Shown here one piece after another: positions 63,161 to 64,000 of a stretch of DNA of 64,000 bases. Origin of the DNA: Camelus ferus (taxonomy: Eukaryota); contig NC_045697.1 in NCBI RefSeq assembly GCF_009834535.1, positions 86,492,001-86,556,000 of the forward strand. Reading direction: 5' to 3'. The number at the start of each line of letters is the position of its first letter. Positions within the stretch are counted from its first letter, which is position 1. Position numbers and translations under genes: made by a program. Below the pieces are notes generated by a model. The model ran no database searches. It was not told the origin of the DNA and saw nothing but the letters and a program-made list of their open reading frames with translations.

Positions 63161-64000
63161 AAGCAGGATAATTTTTATTTTTTCTTTTTCAGTTTTATTA
63201 GGGAGAATTACTAGAGTTTGACTGCACATATACATTATATTGCAAATAAATATAATATACTGCACATTTTTTTAGTTTACATATATATACTGATCATTAT
63301 TTCTAAGAACAGGTTAGAGCTTTAGCTTTTTAAAGTTACATTATTACCAAAGGATAATTTTTATTATCACAGAAGCAATACATATGCATTGGAAAAATAA
63401 TCAGAAAATATATACAAGCAAAAAATAAAAACATCACATTCCACCCAGAAATCATCACCGTGAACACTTTAGAGCATATACTTTCAGATACTTTTCTATG
63501 CGCCTAAATACATGTGTACTTTTTACCAAATTATTATTCATATTGTTTTGTAACCTTTTCCAATCAACAACCTCCACCTTTCCATTTTGCTAATTATCTC
63601 CTCTAGCGTTCTCATCCACAACTGACCTGAAATTATCTTTACAACTGGTTTGTCCAAACCAGTATATTCAATTTAAGTCACAGATTAAATATGGTTATAT
63701 TCCTTGCTCTTTTAAAATTTAGTACAGTTCTTTTTTTAATGACCTCACTTGCTGAAGAGACTTGGTCAGTTGTCCTACAGAATGTCCTACCTTCTGTCCT
63801 ACCTTTCAGTTGCTTGCTTGTGGTTTCATTTATCTTGTTCTCCTAGTCCATGTGTTTCCTTTAAACTAAAATTGGCATCAGGCATATACAAACAGAGGGC
63901 TGTTTTCCCAAATGCCTGGACTGGATTCTTCAAAAAAGTCCTTGTGATGGAAAACAAACAGGCTTAGGGAATGTTTTAGATTAAAGGAAACCTCTAAAGA

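Noticed and set aside
1..64000. Prokaryotic-type systems, intact retroviral or L1 ORFs, snoRNA/miRNA genes, NUMT
   Set aside because: None recognisable by eye; the window is a spliced mammalian gene. Small intronic ncRNAs cannot be excluded without an Infernal/Rfam scan.

Overview
AT-rich mammalian genomic DNA lying entirely inside one large plus-strand gene, BLTP1 (KIAA1109, bridge-like lipid transfer protein 1). I read 36 GT-AG coding exons between 2326 and 61945. They splice in consistent phase into one open frame of 6733 nt (about 2244 codons), covering the middle to C-terminal part of the protein; the start and stop codons lie outside the window. Two tRNA-Ala-derived SINEs resembling camelid Vic-1 suggest a camel, alpaca or llama genome. 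The most unusual object is a 1.2-kb MRAP2 processed pseudogene (23658-24863) in a BLTP1 intron, in sense orientation, with a perfect 14-bp target-site duplication. It appears to record a non-canonical MRAP2 splice form: a CpG-rich first exon plus apparent intron-1 sequence joined directly to the last exon, lacking the N-terminal and transmembrane coding exons. It also brings a CpG island, a splice donor and a poly(A) signal into the host intron. Other points: two symmetric cassette-type exons (51 and 201 nt), a candidate 6-nt microexon, a candidate poison-exon acceptor, and a locally GC-shifted exon segment. The remainder is ordinary L1, L2, MIR, MaLR and DNA-transposon debris. Gene and repeat names come from my recall of the sequences, not from a database search; repeat boundaries are approximate.
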